Of a stretch of DNA of 57,581 nt, positions 1-11,912 are shown piece by piece. How positions within the stretch are numbered: position 1 is the stretch's first letter; every line of letters starts with the position of its first letter. The stretch comes from Octopus bimaculoides (lineage: Eukaryota). The DNA lies in contig NC_068987.1 of assembly GCF_001194135.2 (NCBI RefSeq), positions 72,264,021 to 72,321,601 on the forward strand, given 5' to 3'. The notes below the pieces were generated by a model. It was not told the DNA's origin, did no database searches, and saw nothing but the letters and a program-made list of their open reading frames with translations. The position numbers were made by a program, and so were the translations under genes.

Positions 1-58
1 TATATATATATACTATATATATATACTATATATATATACTATATATATATACTATATA

Positions 59-93
<35 letters not shown>
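1..93. repeat. (TA)n microsatellite (others: (CA)n 6379-6456, (TA)n 11031-11072, (AAT)n 37875-37923, (GA)n about 57305-57355)
   Basis: Visible simple repeats. Confidence 0.95.
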
Positions 94-99
<6 letters not shown>

Positions 100-399
100 G
101 CCTAAGTTGGCTAAAGCCCCAATGGGTTTGGTTTTGACTTTCATCTCTATATGGCCTGTGAAATAAGCCATAGTATTTACTGGGTTTGTTCAGTAGAGGT
201 TTTATGAGAAAGAAAGAATCATGGAAATGCAAAAGAGAGAGAGAGAGAGAAAGAAGGAAATAAAAAAGAGAAAGTAAGAGAGAAACAAAAACAAAGAATG
301 AGAAAAGAAAGGAGAAAGAGAGACAGACAACCAAAGAAAAAACTGGTTTTGGGTCTTAACAAAGAAACAATTTTTAAGGGCTGGCCTTTCCCCCTAAAC

Positions 400-655
400 C
401 AGTGGTTCTTGGCCATTTTTTACCTATGGATTCCTTTGATTCCAATTTTACTCGGATGGGTTCTCGTAGTCATTTGACATTTAAAAAAACCTTATTTTTT
501 TTATAATCAAATATTATTAGGAATTGTATTAAAAAAAAAATTAAAATATTTTGTGTATTGTAGAAGTATTGTAGAATTTATTGCACAGTTTTTTTTACAA
601 CAAAATCTTATATGGACCCCAAAAGGACATATAGACCCTGGTTCAAAAACCACTG
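400..655. mobile_element. hAT-like MITE
   Basis: Ends cagtggttct... / ...aaaaccactg; flanking 8-mers ccctaaac / ccataaat match at 6 of 8 (decayed TSD). Confidence 0.65.
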
Positions 656-2991
656 CCATAAATGTTAGAACTCATCTCTCTGCCACAACACATTGAGCTT
701 CTTTTATTAATTTAAAAAATTATCATTGTTTAGCTCCAAGTCAGCCTTGATAGAGTAAACCTATGAACAAAGATGTTCCAGACATGACTATTCCATTTTT
801 TTCCCATCAATTTACCCAGTACATTGTTCACCGTGTCTTTCCTCATAGTGTGATTTGAGATGGAGATGAAGCTGTTACCTCCAGAATGTCACTTAGACCG
901 TCCCTCCACGAGCATACCCCCCCCCCNNNNNNNNNNCTATTGGTTTGTTTTTAAAAACCTGTTTGTTTACTCATTTATTTATTTATTTTTATTTGCTGAC
1001 GTAGACAACAACTTGTTTCGTTGGCTTTTAGTTTTTGTTTTTCTTTCTTCAATATATAATTAATGTGATTTCTTCCATCCTTTCCTTCTGATTCGTGATG
1101 TGTTTCTATTAGCATCGATTGAAATAATTCTTTTCGCCTCTCACGTTTCTCTTTTTGCCTTCCATCGTTTTTTTTTTTTGTATTTTTTTTTCATTTTTTG
1201 CTTTGGTTTTTGGGTTTGGTTTGACACATAACGTCTTTTAATTACTTTAACACACCCCTTTCTCAGTGTCTAACACTGATTTTAAAAATAATTAGTCTGC
1301 AATGGTCTTCTTCTTCTTCTTGACAGTAGTTTATTCAGCTGGGGGTTTTTTTGGTTTCGTTTCGGCATTCCACAATTTGGAGACGTTGCATAATTGTTGC
1401 TGAAATTCTTTTCTTATTCTTTAACAATTCCATGATGTCATAAATACATGCTACTGCACAATTTCACATTCTTCTTTCATCCTTCTACATTTATTATTTT
1501 TTTAAAAATTTTTCTCTTTCTTCATTTTCTTTGTCTTTGTCATCGTTTTCTTTTTGTTCTTCTTCATGTCCTAATTTTTTTTCTTAATTATAATCTCTTT
1601 CTATCTGTGTATGTAATCTAGGATTTTATAAAAATCTTTTGCCAGTTGTTTTTGCTTCGCAGCAAGTGGTGATGGAATGATGATATCAGAATAGGTAGTT
1701 ATTTCCTTGTTTATGTAGAGTCGCTACAATTCCCTACAGATGTCTTAATCCTTCCTCTTATCTTGCTAAAATGTTTTGGCTTTCCTCTGCGTGTAAATGA
1801 ACGTTTATTGATAACAGCTGAAATAGAAATAAAAACCAACATACCCTCTATTTTTTTTTTGCTCTCTCTCTCTCTCTCAGATACAAACACGCACTCAGTA
1901 ATTTTTTTCTCTCCAGTATATACACACACATACTAACTCTCCTTCTCTCATGGACATGTAGTATTTCTTTCCTTATGCACTCATATTCTCTCTCCCTCTC
2001 TCTCGCACATACACTTTATTAAACGCTCTTACACACACAAAGTCATTTTCAGTATTGAAAATGGTAAATCACCTGTTTCTTCGATTGCTTTCAGGGCATT
2101 CCATTAGTTTTGAAGGATAATACATGTTCCATTCTCACGACTTACTTTTTAAACCACTCCCGCTCATTTCTTGTGTATGTGTATGTGTGAAATTGTCAAA
2201 AACACATATATTGGAACAGTGTATCTTAAAGCACATAAAGCTTCAAATAACTCTTTTGACTAGAAAAAGTAGAAGGCTGCTTTGGGACTCAAGCCCAAAT
2301 CTCCTGTAGACTTGTTCTTTACAAGTAAGGTGCCACATAAAATGCACTTGTGCCAGTGTTTTGTAAATGCACCTGTGCTGGTGGCACATAAAAAGCACCC
2401 AGCTCACTATGTAAAGTGGTTGGCAATTAGTAAGGGTATCCGGCTGCAAAAACCATACCACAACAGACAATTGGAGTCTGGATAGCTCCCCAACAGGCTA
2501 GCTCCATGTCAAACTATCTAACCCATGCCAGCATGGAAAACAGATGTTAAATGATGATGAGGATGGTGTACAATGTAATAGATTTTTCTCCAAAAGTTTT
2601 GTGTAGGAGGCGAAAGATTGGGGGTGTCTTTCATTTTAACTGACTCACTGCTCTGGGCTTAATATTGTTAGAAATAATTTCTTTTATAGGCATTAGACCA
2701 AGACATTTGTTGAGAAAGGGGTTCAGTCAAACTTCAGGGGTTCAGTAAATAAAGTACCAGTCACCTGAGTGGCACTTTATCTTTATATAAGATAAAAAAT
2801 TTTCCTTAGTCTAAGAAACTTCACTCTTCAAAGGGGCCAAGTTGTATGCTCCTTAGAGTATTCTTCATAATCTATTAAAACTCTTTAAACAGATATTTGC
2901 AAACCATAGGACATTCCCTACCATGTTAAAATGAAGAAAATAACCTAAATTTTCTACAAAGATTCTTTTAGAATGCTGTAATTATAAGCCT

Positions 2992-3379
2992 GTGGAGGCA
3001 CGCAATGGCCCAGTGGTTAGGGCAGCGGACTCGCAGTCATAGAATCACGGCTTCGATTCCCAGACCGGGCGTTGTGAGTGTTTATTGAGCGAAAATACCT
3101 TAAAGCTCTACGAGGCTCCGGCAGGAGATGGTGGCGAACCCTGCTGTACTCTTTCACCACAACTGTCTCTCACTCTTACTTCCTGTTTCTGTTGTGCCTG
3201 TAATTCAAAGGGTCAGCCTTGTCACACTGTGTCATGCAGAATATCCCCGAGAACTACGTTAAGGGTACACGTGTCTGTGGAGTGCTCAGCTACTTGCACT
3301 TTAATTTCACGAGCAGGCTGTTCCGTTGAATGGATCAACTGGAACCCTTGACGTCGTAAGTGACGGAGTACCAACAACA
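2992..3379 (+). mobile_element. Full-length tRNA-derived SINE with TSD
   Basis: A box tggcccagtgg, B box gcttcgattcc, (caa)n tail, exact 12-bp TSD aattataagcct at 2980-2991 and 3380-3391. Confidence 0.9.
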
Positions 3380-3887
3380 AATTATAAGCCTATTTCTCTG
3401 CTACTTAATGTTTCAAAAAAATTAAAAAATCCTTTTAAGCCACTGAGCTGGTAGAATTGTTAGTACGCCAGGCAAAATGCTTAGTGATATTTCTTCTGGT
3501 TCTTTACATTCTGAGCACAAATTCTGCTGAGGTTGACTTTGCCATCTTCTTTTCGGGGTTGATAAAATAAGTACCAGTTGAACACTGGGGTTGATGTAAC
3601 TGACTTTCCCCTCCCCTAAATTGCTAGCCATGTTTCAAAATTACAAATCAATATTTCAAAAAAGTTTGTAATGCCGAGAATACACTGACACAGCGCTTAT
3701 TCCCCTGAAAAATTCCTCTGTTGTATTCAGTTAGGCTTGTAAAAGAATTTTTCATTAGTGAATGCTTTAATAATTAATATTTACAGGAAATAGTTTTTGT
3801 GAGCTCTTTATTCATTTACATAAAGTATTTGGAACTTTTGATTTTGAATTCTGGCTGAATTAATTAATGCTTTTCAAAGGTTTAATT

Positions 3888-4122
3888 TTAACACTTTAGC
3901 ATTTAGACTGGTTATATCTAGCCTATATTTTCTACTAGCTGGTTTTTATGTTCAAAACCAGCTAGATCCAGCCCCCTCACATCTACCATACAATGTCATT
4001 GTGAAATTAAGCAAACACATCATCAAAATCTCAAAACTACGAGATAATGCTTGACTAATTCAAAACACTGTGAATAAATAAGTATTGCATTAGACGGAGT
4101 AAGCTGAATATTAAAGGGTTAA
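3888..4122. mobile_element. piggyBac-like TTAA-flanked MITE (related copies 12783-13010, about 20513-20734; possibly 16510-16722)
   Basis: ttaa-c(c/a)ctttagcat ... atattaaaggg-ttaa ends; internal sequence shared between the 3888, 12783 and 20513 copies. Confidence 0.65.
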
Positions 4123-4179
4123 ATCATACTTTTTTTGCTGGGTTTGGAGAAAGTGATTGTGCTCATGGCCCTTGCTGAC

Positions 4180-4700
4180 CCTCCTAAACTGTTGAGATTG
4201 TTGCCATTAATCTTCCTCATTAGCTTTTGTAAGTCAAGACCACAGGGAAGTTATGAGCAGGGAAGAAATTTCTGAGGGTCAACATTCTGGAAAGAAAGAA
4301 CTTTGAGGGTGGAAGGAGAAGAGACAAATGGGATAGAGGTGATATGAAGAGCAAAGGCCATTATAGTAGCAGTAGAAAAGGTAAGGTGTAGAGACAGGTT
4401 GTCTATGGCTCAAAGGCTGGAGTGTATCTGTCAGTAGCATTTTGCTAGTCAGTTGGGTGGCCCCTTTCTGGATGCAGTTTAGTAAGTCTGTATGTGCAGT
4501 AACAACTCCATCCTAGATATGGAAGCAATACTCCTGTGTGGGTCTCAGCTGAGTTTTGTAGAGTATCAATAATGTTAGGAGTTGAAGTATCTTCTGGTCT
4601 TGAACAGAACAGCCAATTGTTGTAATGCAGACCTATCTATGTTATGGATGTGCTTTCACCAGAAGAGATCCTTGGTGATAATGTGACCCAACAATTAGGA
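4180..4700 (-). mobile_element. Decayed non-LTR retrotransposon (CR1/L2/Jockey-like), RT C-terminal fragment
   Basis: Minus-strand translation with stops and frameshifts: LGHIITKDLFW*KHI..., LYKTQLRPTQEYCFHI*DG...LLNCIQKR, PLSHRQPVSTPYLFYCYYNGLCSS. Confidence 0.75.
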
Positions 4701-4759
4701 CAATTTTATGGCTGTTATCTTGTTTTTAATTTGGTTTCAGATCTGCGTCTGAAATAGTA

Positions 4760-4850
4760 AAAGGGTATGTTAGTCAAGGAGTACCACAACACTCTGTTCT
4801 TTGTTCACTTCTGTTTTTCCTTGTTTACATGAATGATCTAGAATGACCTT
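4760..4850 (+). mobile_element. Decayed LINE RT fragment (GVPQGS-type motif)
   Basis: VSQGVPQHSVLCSLLFFLVYMNDLE*, resembling GVPQGSVLGPLLFLLYINDL. Confidence 0.65.
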
Positions 4851-5379
4851 TTTTGAGAAGCAGGCTGCATGAGACATGACTCATCAGGCTGGCTGTACTA
4901 CTAAAAAAATTCAAGGCAAATTTTTGTTAGGTATGCTATTCAGAAAGTCTCGTAGGTCTTGGATTGCCCATGACTGATTTAGACCATATTGTTAAACACT
5001 GTAGAATGCATAATTTCAGTAAATTATCCTTTCAAAGTGGAAAAATTTGTCAACAAACAGCTATGCTGTTCTAATGGCATTTCTGCATTTGTGTACAATA
5101 CACATTTCAATGCTTATAAAAAAAAAATCTATATTTTTGAGATGAAGAATTCTGTACGTTATTTACATTGAACGGATGTGTGTCCTCATCTTCTTTGCTG
5201 TTACCACAACATTTCGGCTGTTTTACTCTCCAGCCTTCATTAGGTGTCCTGGTAGAATCTTGAAATCAACCCTGGGTTCTCATTCCTAAGATATGAGTAG
5301 AATATGGAAACTGGTATTAAGGAAGGATACAAAAATATTAGGTTTATAAGCCCTAAAATTCACTCTATTAATTGCCTCT

Positions 5380-5610
5380 GGACATATAGCGTGATGGTTA
5401 AGAGCGCTGGCTACTAACCCCAAGATTGTGAGCTCAATTCCAGGTAGTGCTTTGAATAAACAATAATAATAACGTCAGCATACCTTAGGAATGAGAACCC
5501 AGGGTTGGATTCAAAATTCTACCAGGAATGAAGGTTGGAGAGTAAATCAGCCGAAATGTTGTGGTAACAACAAACAAGGACACATATCCGTCCAATGTAA
5601 ATCATGTAAA
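5380..5610 (+). mobile_element. tRNA-headed short element, preceded by an inverted copy of its own 3' half (5161-5295)
   Basis: A-box-like tagcgtgatggt, B-box-like gagctcaattcc; 5479-5602 is the reverse complement of 5161-5295 with a few indels and substitutions. Confidence 0.75.
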
Positions 5611-6059
5611 TAAATGTTAGTTTGTTTATTTGTGAGTGTGTCTGTTTCTCTCTCTCTCTCTCTCTCTCTTCCGTATTTAATCAATGAACTGTTTCCCCTG
5701 AAGAAGGAGCTAGTTTCTAACAAAGATATAATGTTCCATCTTTGGAATGTAGATAATGAAAACAACGTCACATTTCAAACCTGAGAAAAGTCTTCCATAG
5801 TTTTACTGTTCCACTTACAGATTCTATCTGTAATGTATGAATCAGTTGGTTAATTTTTTTTTTCTGAAATTCCAACCTTATCCAAACTGACAGTTAGGCA
5901 TTTACTTACAAAGCCAAGTGCTCCAATTATTATTGGCATAAATGTAAATTTGTAATCTGGAGGTCATCAGTAAGAAAGTACCTCCTGAGGAGCTCACTTC
6001 TGACACATAGGATATTGTTTACTTCACCTTTTGGCACTAAGTTAATGTATTTGTTTTTG

Positions 6060-6270
6060 CTACTGAGACCATCCAGAAGAGTTGCAGGAGATTCCTAAGT
6101 CATCTACAGGCCGTGGTTGAAGCCAATGGCAATTTTGTTGAATAAATTTACTCTTTAGTATTTCTAGATATTTTTATGTAATTTTGGTAAATATATTTGT
6201 TAAAATGAGGTGTCAGTGTTATTTTCATTTTTAAGTAATTTAGGTGACAGTTTATTCACTGCATCCTGTA
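6060..6270 (+). mobile_element. Tc1/mariner-superfamily transposon 3' relic
   Basis: ETIQKSCRRFLSHLQAVVEANGNFVE* followed by terminal ...ttcactgcatcctg-TA. Confidence 0.7.
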
Positions 6271-6402
6271 TATATATTGTCCTATGCAAGCATGAAAAAA
6301 GTGAATGTTAAAATTGTGGTGCTGCTGTTGTTGATTGTGGCAATAGTCTTCCTATTTATTTTTTTTTTGTACTCTATAACACACACACACACGCACGCAC
6401 GC

Positions 6403-6453
<51 letters not shown>

Positions 6454-6460
<7 letters not shown>

Positions 6461-6671
6461 TGTTGACAAGTTCCTGGCTTTGTGTAAAAGAACATACAGC
6501 AGGATCAGTTAATTATGATTTTATTTGACATATTACCCTCTCAGATTCACATGCTTATTGTAGCGGTCCTTCAGTTTTTCCAAGTACTGTAAAAGAACTT
6601 GGAAGGTTGGACCTCCAACCAGGCTTTACACAATACCATTAAAGCCAGGAACTTTTCAGCATTCCTTCATA
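6454..6671. mobile_element. mariner-derived MITE
   Basis: TIRs cacgaggtgttgacaagttcctggcttt / aaagccaggaacttttcagcattccttcata; minus strand reads LEKLKDRYNKHVNLRG*YVK*, a mariner-type C-terminus. Confidence 0.75.
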
Positions 6672-7592
6672 TTTCTCATGCAAGCATAAAAAAGTGGATG
6701 TTAAAATGGTGGTACTGCTCTTGATTGTGGAGATAGTCTTTTTATTTTTTTCTGTACACACACACACACACACACACACATATAATTTCTTTTTGCATGA
6801 TATCAAATTTCATATGGCACCACACATTCTCTTCTTGGCTGTTCAGCTTGTAAGAAATATTAGCCAAATCTTTCTCAAATCAACACTACTGTCTTAAAAA
6901 AGGAAGGAGACAATGTATGTGTCCCAGATAATGTTGACCTGGATATATAATATCTGTAAACAAACATGTGAAGATGATGGATTAAATACAGTGAACCAAT
7001 GATTGGCTGTTCATTGGAAACCTGTACCCAACAACACTATTGCTTGCAAAATGCAATACAAAATATAGTAATTCATTTGATTATATGAGTGATCAGACAG
7101 ATTGACCTGGGACTAAACAACAACGACTGAAATATTGAGAAACCATCCTTGTTATTTTACGAAACCAGTTGAGATAATAACAGAGTGTGTGAAATTGTCA
7201 TTAATGCTGGAGCTTGTTCCTTTGAAGCTTCTAAAATATAAAACACCACTTCTGATTTGTTGAACCTCTCTCTTACTCTCTCACTCACTATCTCTCTTCC
7301 ACATTTTATTGTTGTTACTAATACTATATAACTTGACATATGTTCCATCGTATTTAAAAAGATCACTCTTGCAGCAAAATGTAGAAAGCTGTATAAATAC
7401 AATAAAATGAGCTGTCTAAACTTCCATTTGCTTACTGTGCACATTACATCAAAAACATTTTTTATATCTTGTCTTCTAGACATACATAGCCCATGTTGTT
7501 AAGTATATCTAGCCTCTCTACTATGAACAGTCTTCTTAGCTAAACACAATCCTCCCAATGTAGGCTGTTTATGTCCTGATGTCCTGCTTAAT

Positions 7593-7627
<35 letters not shown>

Positions 7628-8974
7628 ATTTACTAACCAGCACGTCTTACTTCTCACTCTTAATTGTACATATGCTATCTTCATAGCTAAATGTACCCTA
7701 TCTTCTTCATTACTATGTTTTCTCCTCTTCGCTGTATGTGTTTACCTAATAGATTCTGCACACACTGACTCTTTATCTAAATATCTTGTTATTTTAAGAT
7801 TAATAAAAATAAATTACTATTATTGTTATTAGTGCCTAATTGACCTTATCTATAGTGTCTTGAGTTATACATATAACTTCTCATTTCATTACAATACTAA
7901 TGCATTTAAGAATGGCATGAACGACACAACATGCAATTTCTCCTCTCTAGAAATTCTCAGGTTTCATATTTACATGTCAAACAGTCATTATTATTGGAAG
8001 CCTATGAGCAATAAGTAGACAAAAATTCCAGAGCTTCAGGCTATGTCTCTTTCAGTAGTTGGTTTTTGTCTTGCCATACAATCAGTCATGGCTGTGTGGC
8101 TAAGTTCACATCACAACAATGTGATTTCAGATTCAATCTCCATAATAAAACACTGAATGTCTTCTAAAAAAAAAAACGTCTTTTAAAATAACCTCAGGTT
8201 GACTGATGTCTTGTGAGTGAAATATAACTGATGGAAACTAGAAATACATCCAAGGGACTGATCCTGGCCTTGGATAGTAGATTTAAGAGACCATCCATTT
8301 TAATACCACTACTAGCTTTTTGGGTAGTAAGTATTTGAATCAGAGCCCCAGTCAGAGGTTAACTTTCTTTCTTCCACCCACCAATCTTGGAGACCCTGAG
8401 AAGAATCTTAGTCTCTGCTCTTTCCTCCTTTGACTTGGCCATTAAAAAAAATAAGCTGAAATTTTAAGCCATTAAAAAAAATGAGTTGCAATATTATAAC
8501 CTCTTTCACTACTACTGTGTTACTAAGAAAAAAAAGTAATATAATGGGAATGGTTCTCTCAACTATACTACCCAATGTCATCAACCATCTTCAATGGTTG
8601 ACCCTGTTCCTTATCTGTAGAAATTGATTTATATTGGTAGGTTAATAAATACTGTGTTATTGAAACTGACAGTTGTCGTCATTGTCATTACCACCATCAT
8701 CATCATCACCAGTCAAGTGGCCTGAACACTTAGAGATGAATGACACTATTTTTTTGTGAATTGGTGATGTTTATACCTGTCCATTCCTTAATCTTATATT
8801 TACAACTATTTCTCCCTTTGTAATATTTTTTTTTCTCTCTTGTAACTGTGCCCTGTGAAATAGTTAATATACTGAAGATCATATTAAAAGAGGGTCCCTT
8901 CTCCTAAGAAAGAAACCCTTATCTGTTCTGTTATCTTTTGGTTATTCATTTATTTGTTTATTTATTTATTGCAG

Positions 8975-9059
8975 AGTCTTGGAAATTCACAAAAAGAGTA
9001 TGAAAAGGTTGTGGTAGAATTTAGTGTGAAGAATCAGTTACGGTATAAAGGAAATATTG
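8975..9059 (+). CDS. FAM91A1: FAM91A1 coding exon (first found in window)
   Basis: gcag|AGT...G|gtaaga; SLGNSQKEYEKVVVEFSVKNQLRYKGNI(V); 85 nt, phase 0 to 1. Confidence 0.95.
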
Positions 9060-11028
9060 GTAAGAAATATTGGTTTTTCTTTTTATTTACTCTCTAAACG
9101 TTGCTTACAGCCATATCACATTAAAAACATTGGTTTTCGTCCAATCATCAAAGTTAAGCAACATCAAGCCATTATAATACTGAAGTGATTAACTTATAGG
9201 GAAGTGTAGGTGCTACAGATGCACACATTAGCTGTATCATGTCTATCCAGGTGTATTGTATCCTTGCACTTTGTAATAGGGTTAGAGGATAAAGATAGGA
9301 TATAGCAGCTCAATTCTGGATGTATCCCTCTTCATATCATAAATGAGGAGAGATATGTTTTTGGTCATACCATGGGTTTATTATTGCTGCCATGCTAACT
9401 TGATGTTGACTGGGTACTCTGTCAGTTTTAGTATTCGTTTTTGATGGACCAGTAACATGAAGTAAAGTGCCTTGCTCAAGGACACAGCACATCTACAATG
9501 GGAATTGAACCTATGATCTTGTGATCTATGAATGCCTAGTACATGACTGGGGTTTATTTTATTTAGAAACAGAAGAAAGAAAAGTTTGACCCTCAATGAG
9601 ATTTGAACTTGAAGTGTAAAAAGACATAACTAAATACCACAAAATATTTTGACAGACATGTCCTTCTGAGCATGTCCTGGCTTTTAGAATAGATACACTA
9701 TATCCATGTGTGTTGTAAGAATTAACTAAAAGGGTTGGCACTAGGAAAGACATGCTATTGTAAAACAGTATCAAAAAGTCCTGTCCAACACATGCTAACA
9801 TGGAAAAGCAGTTCTAAAAGTAATGGTGGTGGTGGTAGCAGTGGTATCAATCCCTTATCTAGTAACCTCAGAGATCAAAGAATCCAACACTGTAGACTGC
9901 AATCTAATAAAGTAATGAAGAGCAACACACTCATTATATATGTTTCTCTTAGTCTGCCTTACTGTTTACAGTAGTAAGTTGTGACAGTGACATTACTAAG
10001 GTCCCTATTAAAGTTAGCTAAGTAGAGCTGATGAGTTATGTATCTCGTTTTTGTTGAAGATAGTGCAATGCAGCATGAATAACAGAATATAAACTATAGA
10101 CTTGTAAAACTGGTAGACCGGCACCATAAATCTGTAGTCAGCCACGACTCTGTGGAGACATTTCTTCCTTTAAAGCTTCCTAATGCTTTCATTTCATACA
10201 ATGGGAGATCCAGTAAAATGTCAATAAACAAAAATCAATTTCTCGAAATCTATCATTTTATATATTGATTTTCTTAATGGCTGTTGCAGATCATAAATTT
10301 ATGGCCAGTTAAGTATGGTAACCTAACAATGATCTCTGGATGTGGATGAATGTAGATAAGTGCATGTGCATGTGTGTGTGTGTGTTTAAAGAATATATGT
10401 TTATGATTTGTAACAAAAAATATTCTACTACTCTGGACCAAATTTTGTATAATTTTGTCTTCCAAATTTCATTGTTATTTAATTCTCACTGAAGACTCTG
10501 CTAAGCCTGAAAACCCTTTTTTGTCCAGAATATTCAAATTTCTTCCTTTTTTTTTTCTTTTCTTCTAACATAATATTCTCTTCTGTATTGAGATCTCTTG
10601 ATGTTGTTTATTATGAATGTGTTATATATATATACAGAGAGAGAGAAAAAAAAAATTAATATAGACTAGGGTGTTAGAAAAACTTACATTGCTAGAAATA
10701 AGAGCTAAAATGCTCTAATGCTGTAGTCAAAGCACATAATTGCATACATATATACCGATGGATTATAATTGCTTGAAAATACCAGTTGAGAATTCCCTGT
10801 CCTGACTGGTCAGTTTCAACAATTTGTGATGATAACCTTGCATTTAAATTGATGTAATGATTGCATTGTTCAATTAAATGGAGCCACTTGAAACGGTTGT
10901 ACTGCATCACTACTTGATATCCTGTTGCTTGTTTTGATTTTATTCGCCTTACTTCGAGCTGTGCGGATGATACCGGACTGACTTGGTACTTCAACTTAAG
11001 TACCTAATTCAACTGAATCTCAATTATT

Positions 11029-11074
<46 letters not shown>

Positions 11075-11400
11075 CATCGTTTAACATCTGCCTTCCATGC
11101 TGGCATGGGTGAGATGGTTTGACAAGAGTTGGCCAAGCAAAAGTCTGTGACTGTTTTGGCAGGATTTTTACAGCTGGATGCCCTTCCTAACACCAACCAC
11201 CCACCCAGCAGAGTAGACTTAGTGCTTTTTACGTGGCACAAGCACAGGCGAGGTCAGTTTTGGCAAGGTTTTTACAGCTGGATGCCCTTCCAAATGCCAA
11301 CCACTTTTCAGTGTGGACTGGATGCTTTTTAAGTGGCACCTGCATTGACATTAAACTGCATGCCAAAAATCTTTTGAGGGAGGAGGGGGCATTGGAGGAG
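11075..11400 (-). mobile_element. SINE-like repeat with (GAT)n tail (copies also 2330-2560 +, 18863-19085 -, 44140-44460 -, 53285-53770 - and others)
   Basis: Recurrent catcatcgtttaacgtccgctttccatgctagcatgggttggacg...cagctggatgcccttcctaa motif; the 11075 and 44140 copies share the same internal duplication. Confidence 0.8.
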
Positions 11401-11459
11401 GTGAACTTGTGTCAGATGATGAAAGGTTATAGTGAGACAGAGAGACAGAAACAGGTGTC

Positions 11460-11912
11460 TTGCTGTAGATATCAGACTGCCAGAAGGGAAGCTAGGAGAG
11501 AGGTTTATTTAGCCAGAGGGGAAGCAGATAAGAAAAAATTTGCCAATGTTCTGCACTGTGAGGACCAAAGACTTGAGGTATTTCGTGTTACAAGACAGTG
11601 TGTGAGAGAGAATTGTGATGTCGTAGGAAAGAAATGTGTCCGCATGGATGATGGTTCATTTGCACTAAACGAGGCTGCAAAGAGAGAGGTTTGGAGACGC
11701 CACTATGAAAGGTTGCTTAATAAAGAAAATGAATGGGAGAAAGAGAGTCTGCTGAATGTCGACCCAACTGAGGTACCAGCTATCCGAGTTGACACTACCT
11801 TGGTAGATAAAGCAATTAAGAGTATGAAGACAGGGAAAGCCCCCAGCCCATCAGGAATCACTGCAGAGATGCTCAAAATATCTGGCAGTGTCGGCTATAG
11901 CCTAGTCACCCG
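11460..11912 (+). mobile_element. RTE-clade LINE ORF fragment (region between endonuclease and RT domains)
   Basis: Uninterrupted frame YQTARREARREVY...KREVWRRHYERLLNKENEW...VDKAIKSMKTGKAPSPSGITAEMLK; the K-x-GKA-x-G-x-(D/S)-G-I-x-x-E-x-L-K motif typical just upstream of non-LTR RT (here S replaces the first G); truncated on both sides. Confidence 0.85.

Noticed and set aside
65-416. Hydrophobic F/L/S-rich ORFs resembling membrane proteins (also 57246-57555, 6244-6528)
   Set aside because: Translations of purine/pyrimidine low-complexity tracts and microsatellites
2992-3070. tRNA gene (likewise 5380-5450 and 26224-26285)
   Set aside because: A and B boxes continue into SINE bodies; no complete acceptor stem; the 2992 copy has a TSD and tail
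4989-5171. NYPF-containing ORF as the FAM91A1 first exon
   Set aside because: Only a 3-residue match; surrounding residues and splice signals do not fit
6694-6897. HDIKFHM as the missing FAM91A1 first exon (resembles DVEFHI)
   Set aside because: No following NYPW/KLP-like residues, no suitable ATG or donor, and it follows a (CA)n tract
10692-10994. 100-aa minus-strand ORF as a nested gene
   Set aside because: No recognisable domain or splice context; lies next to a (TA)n tract and is probably a repeat relic
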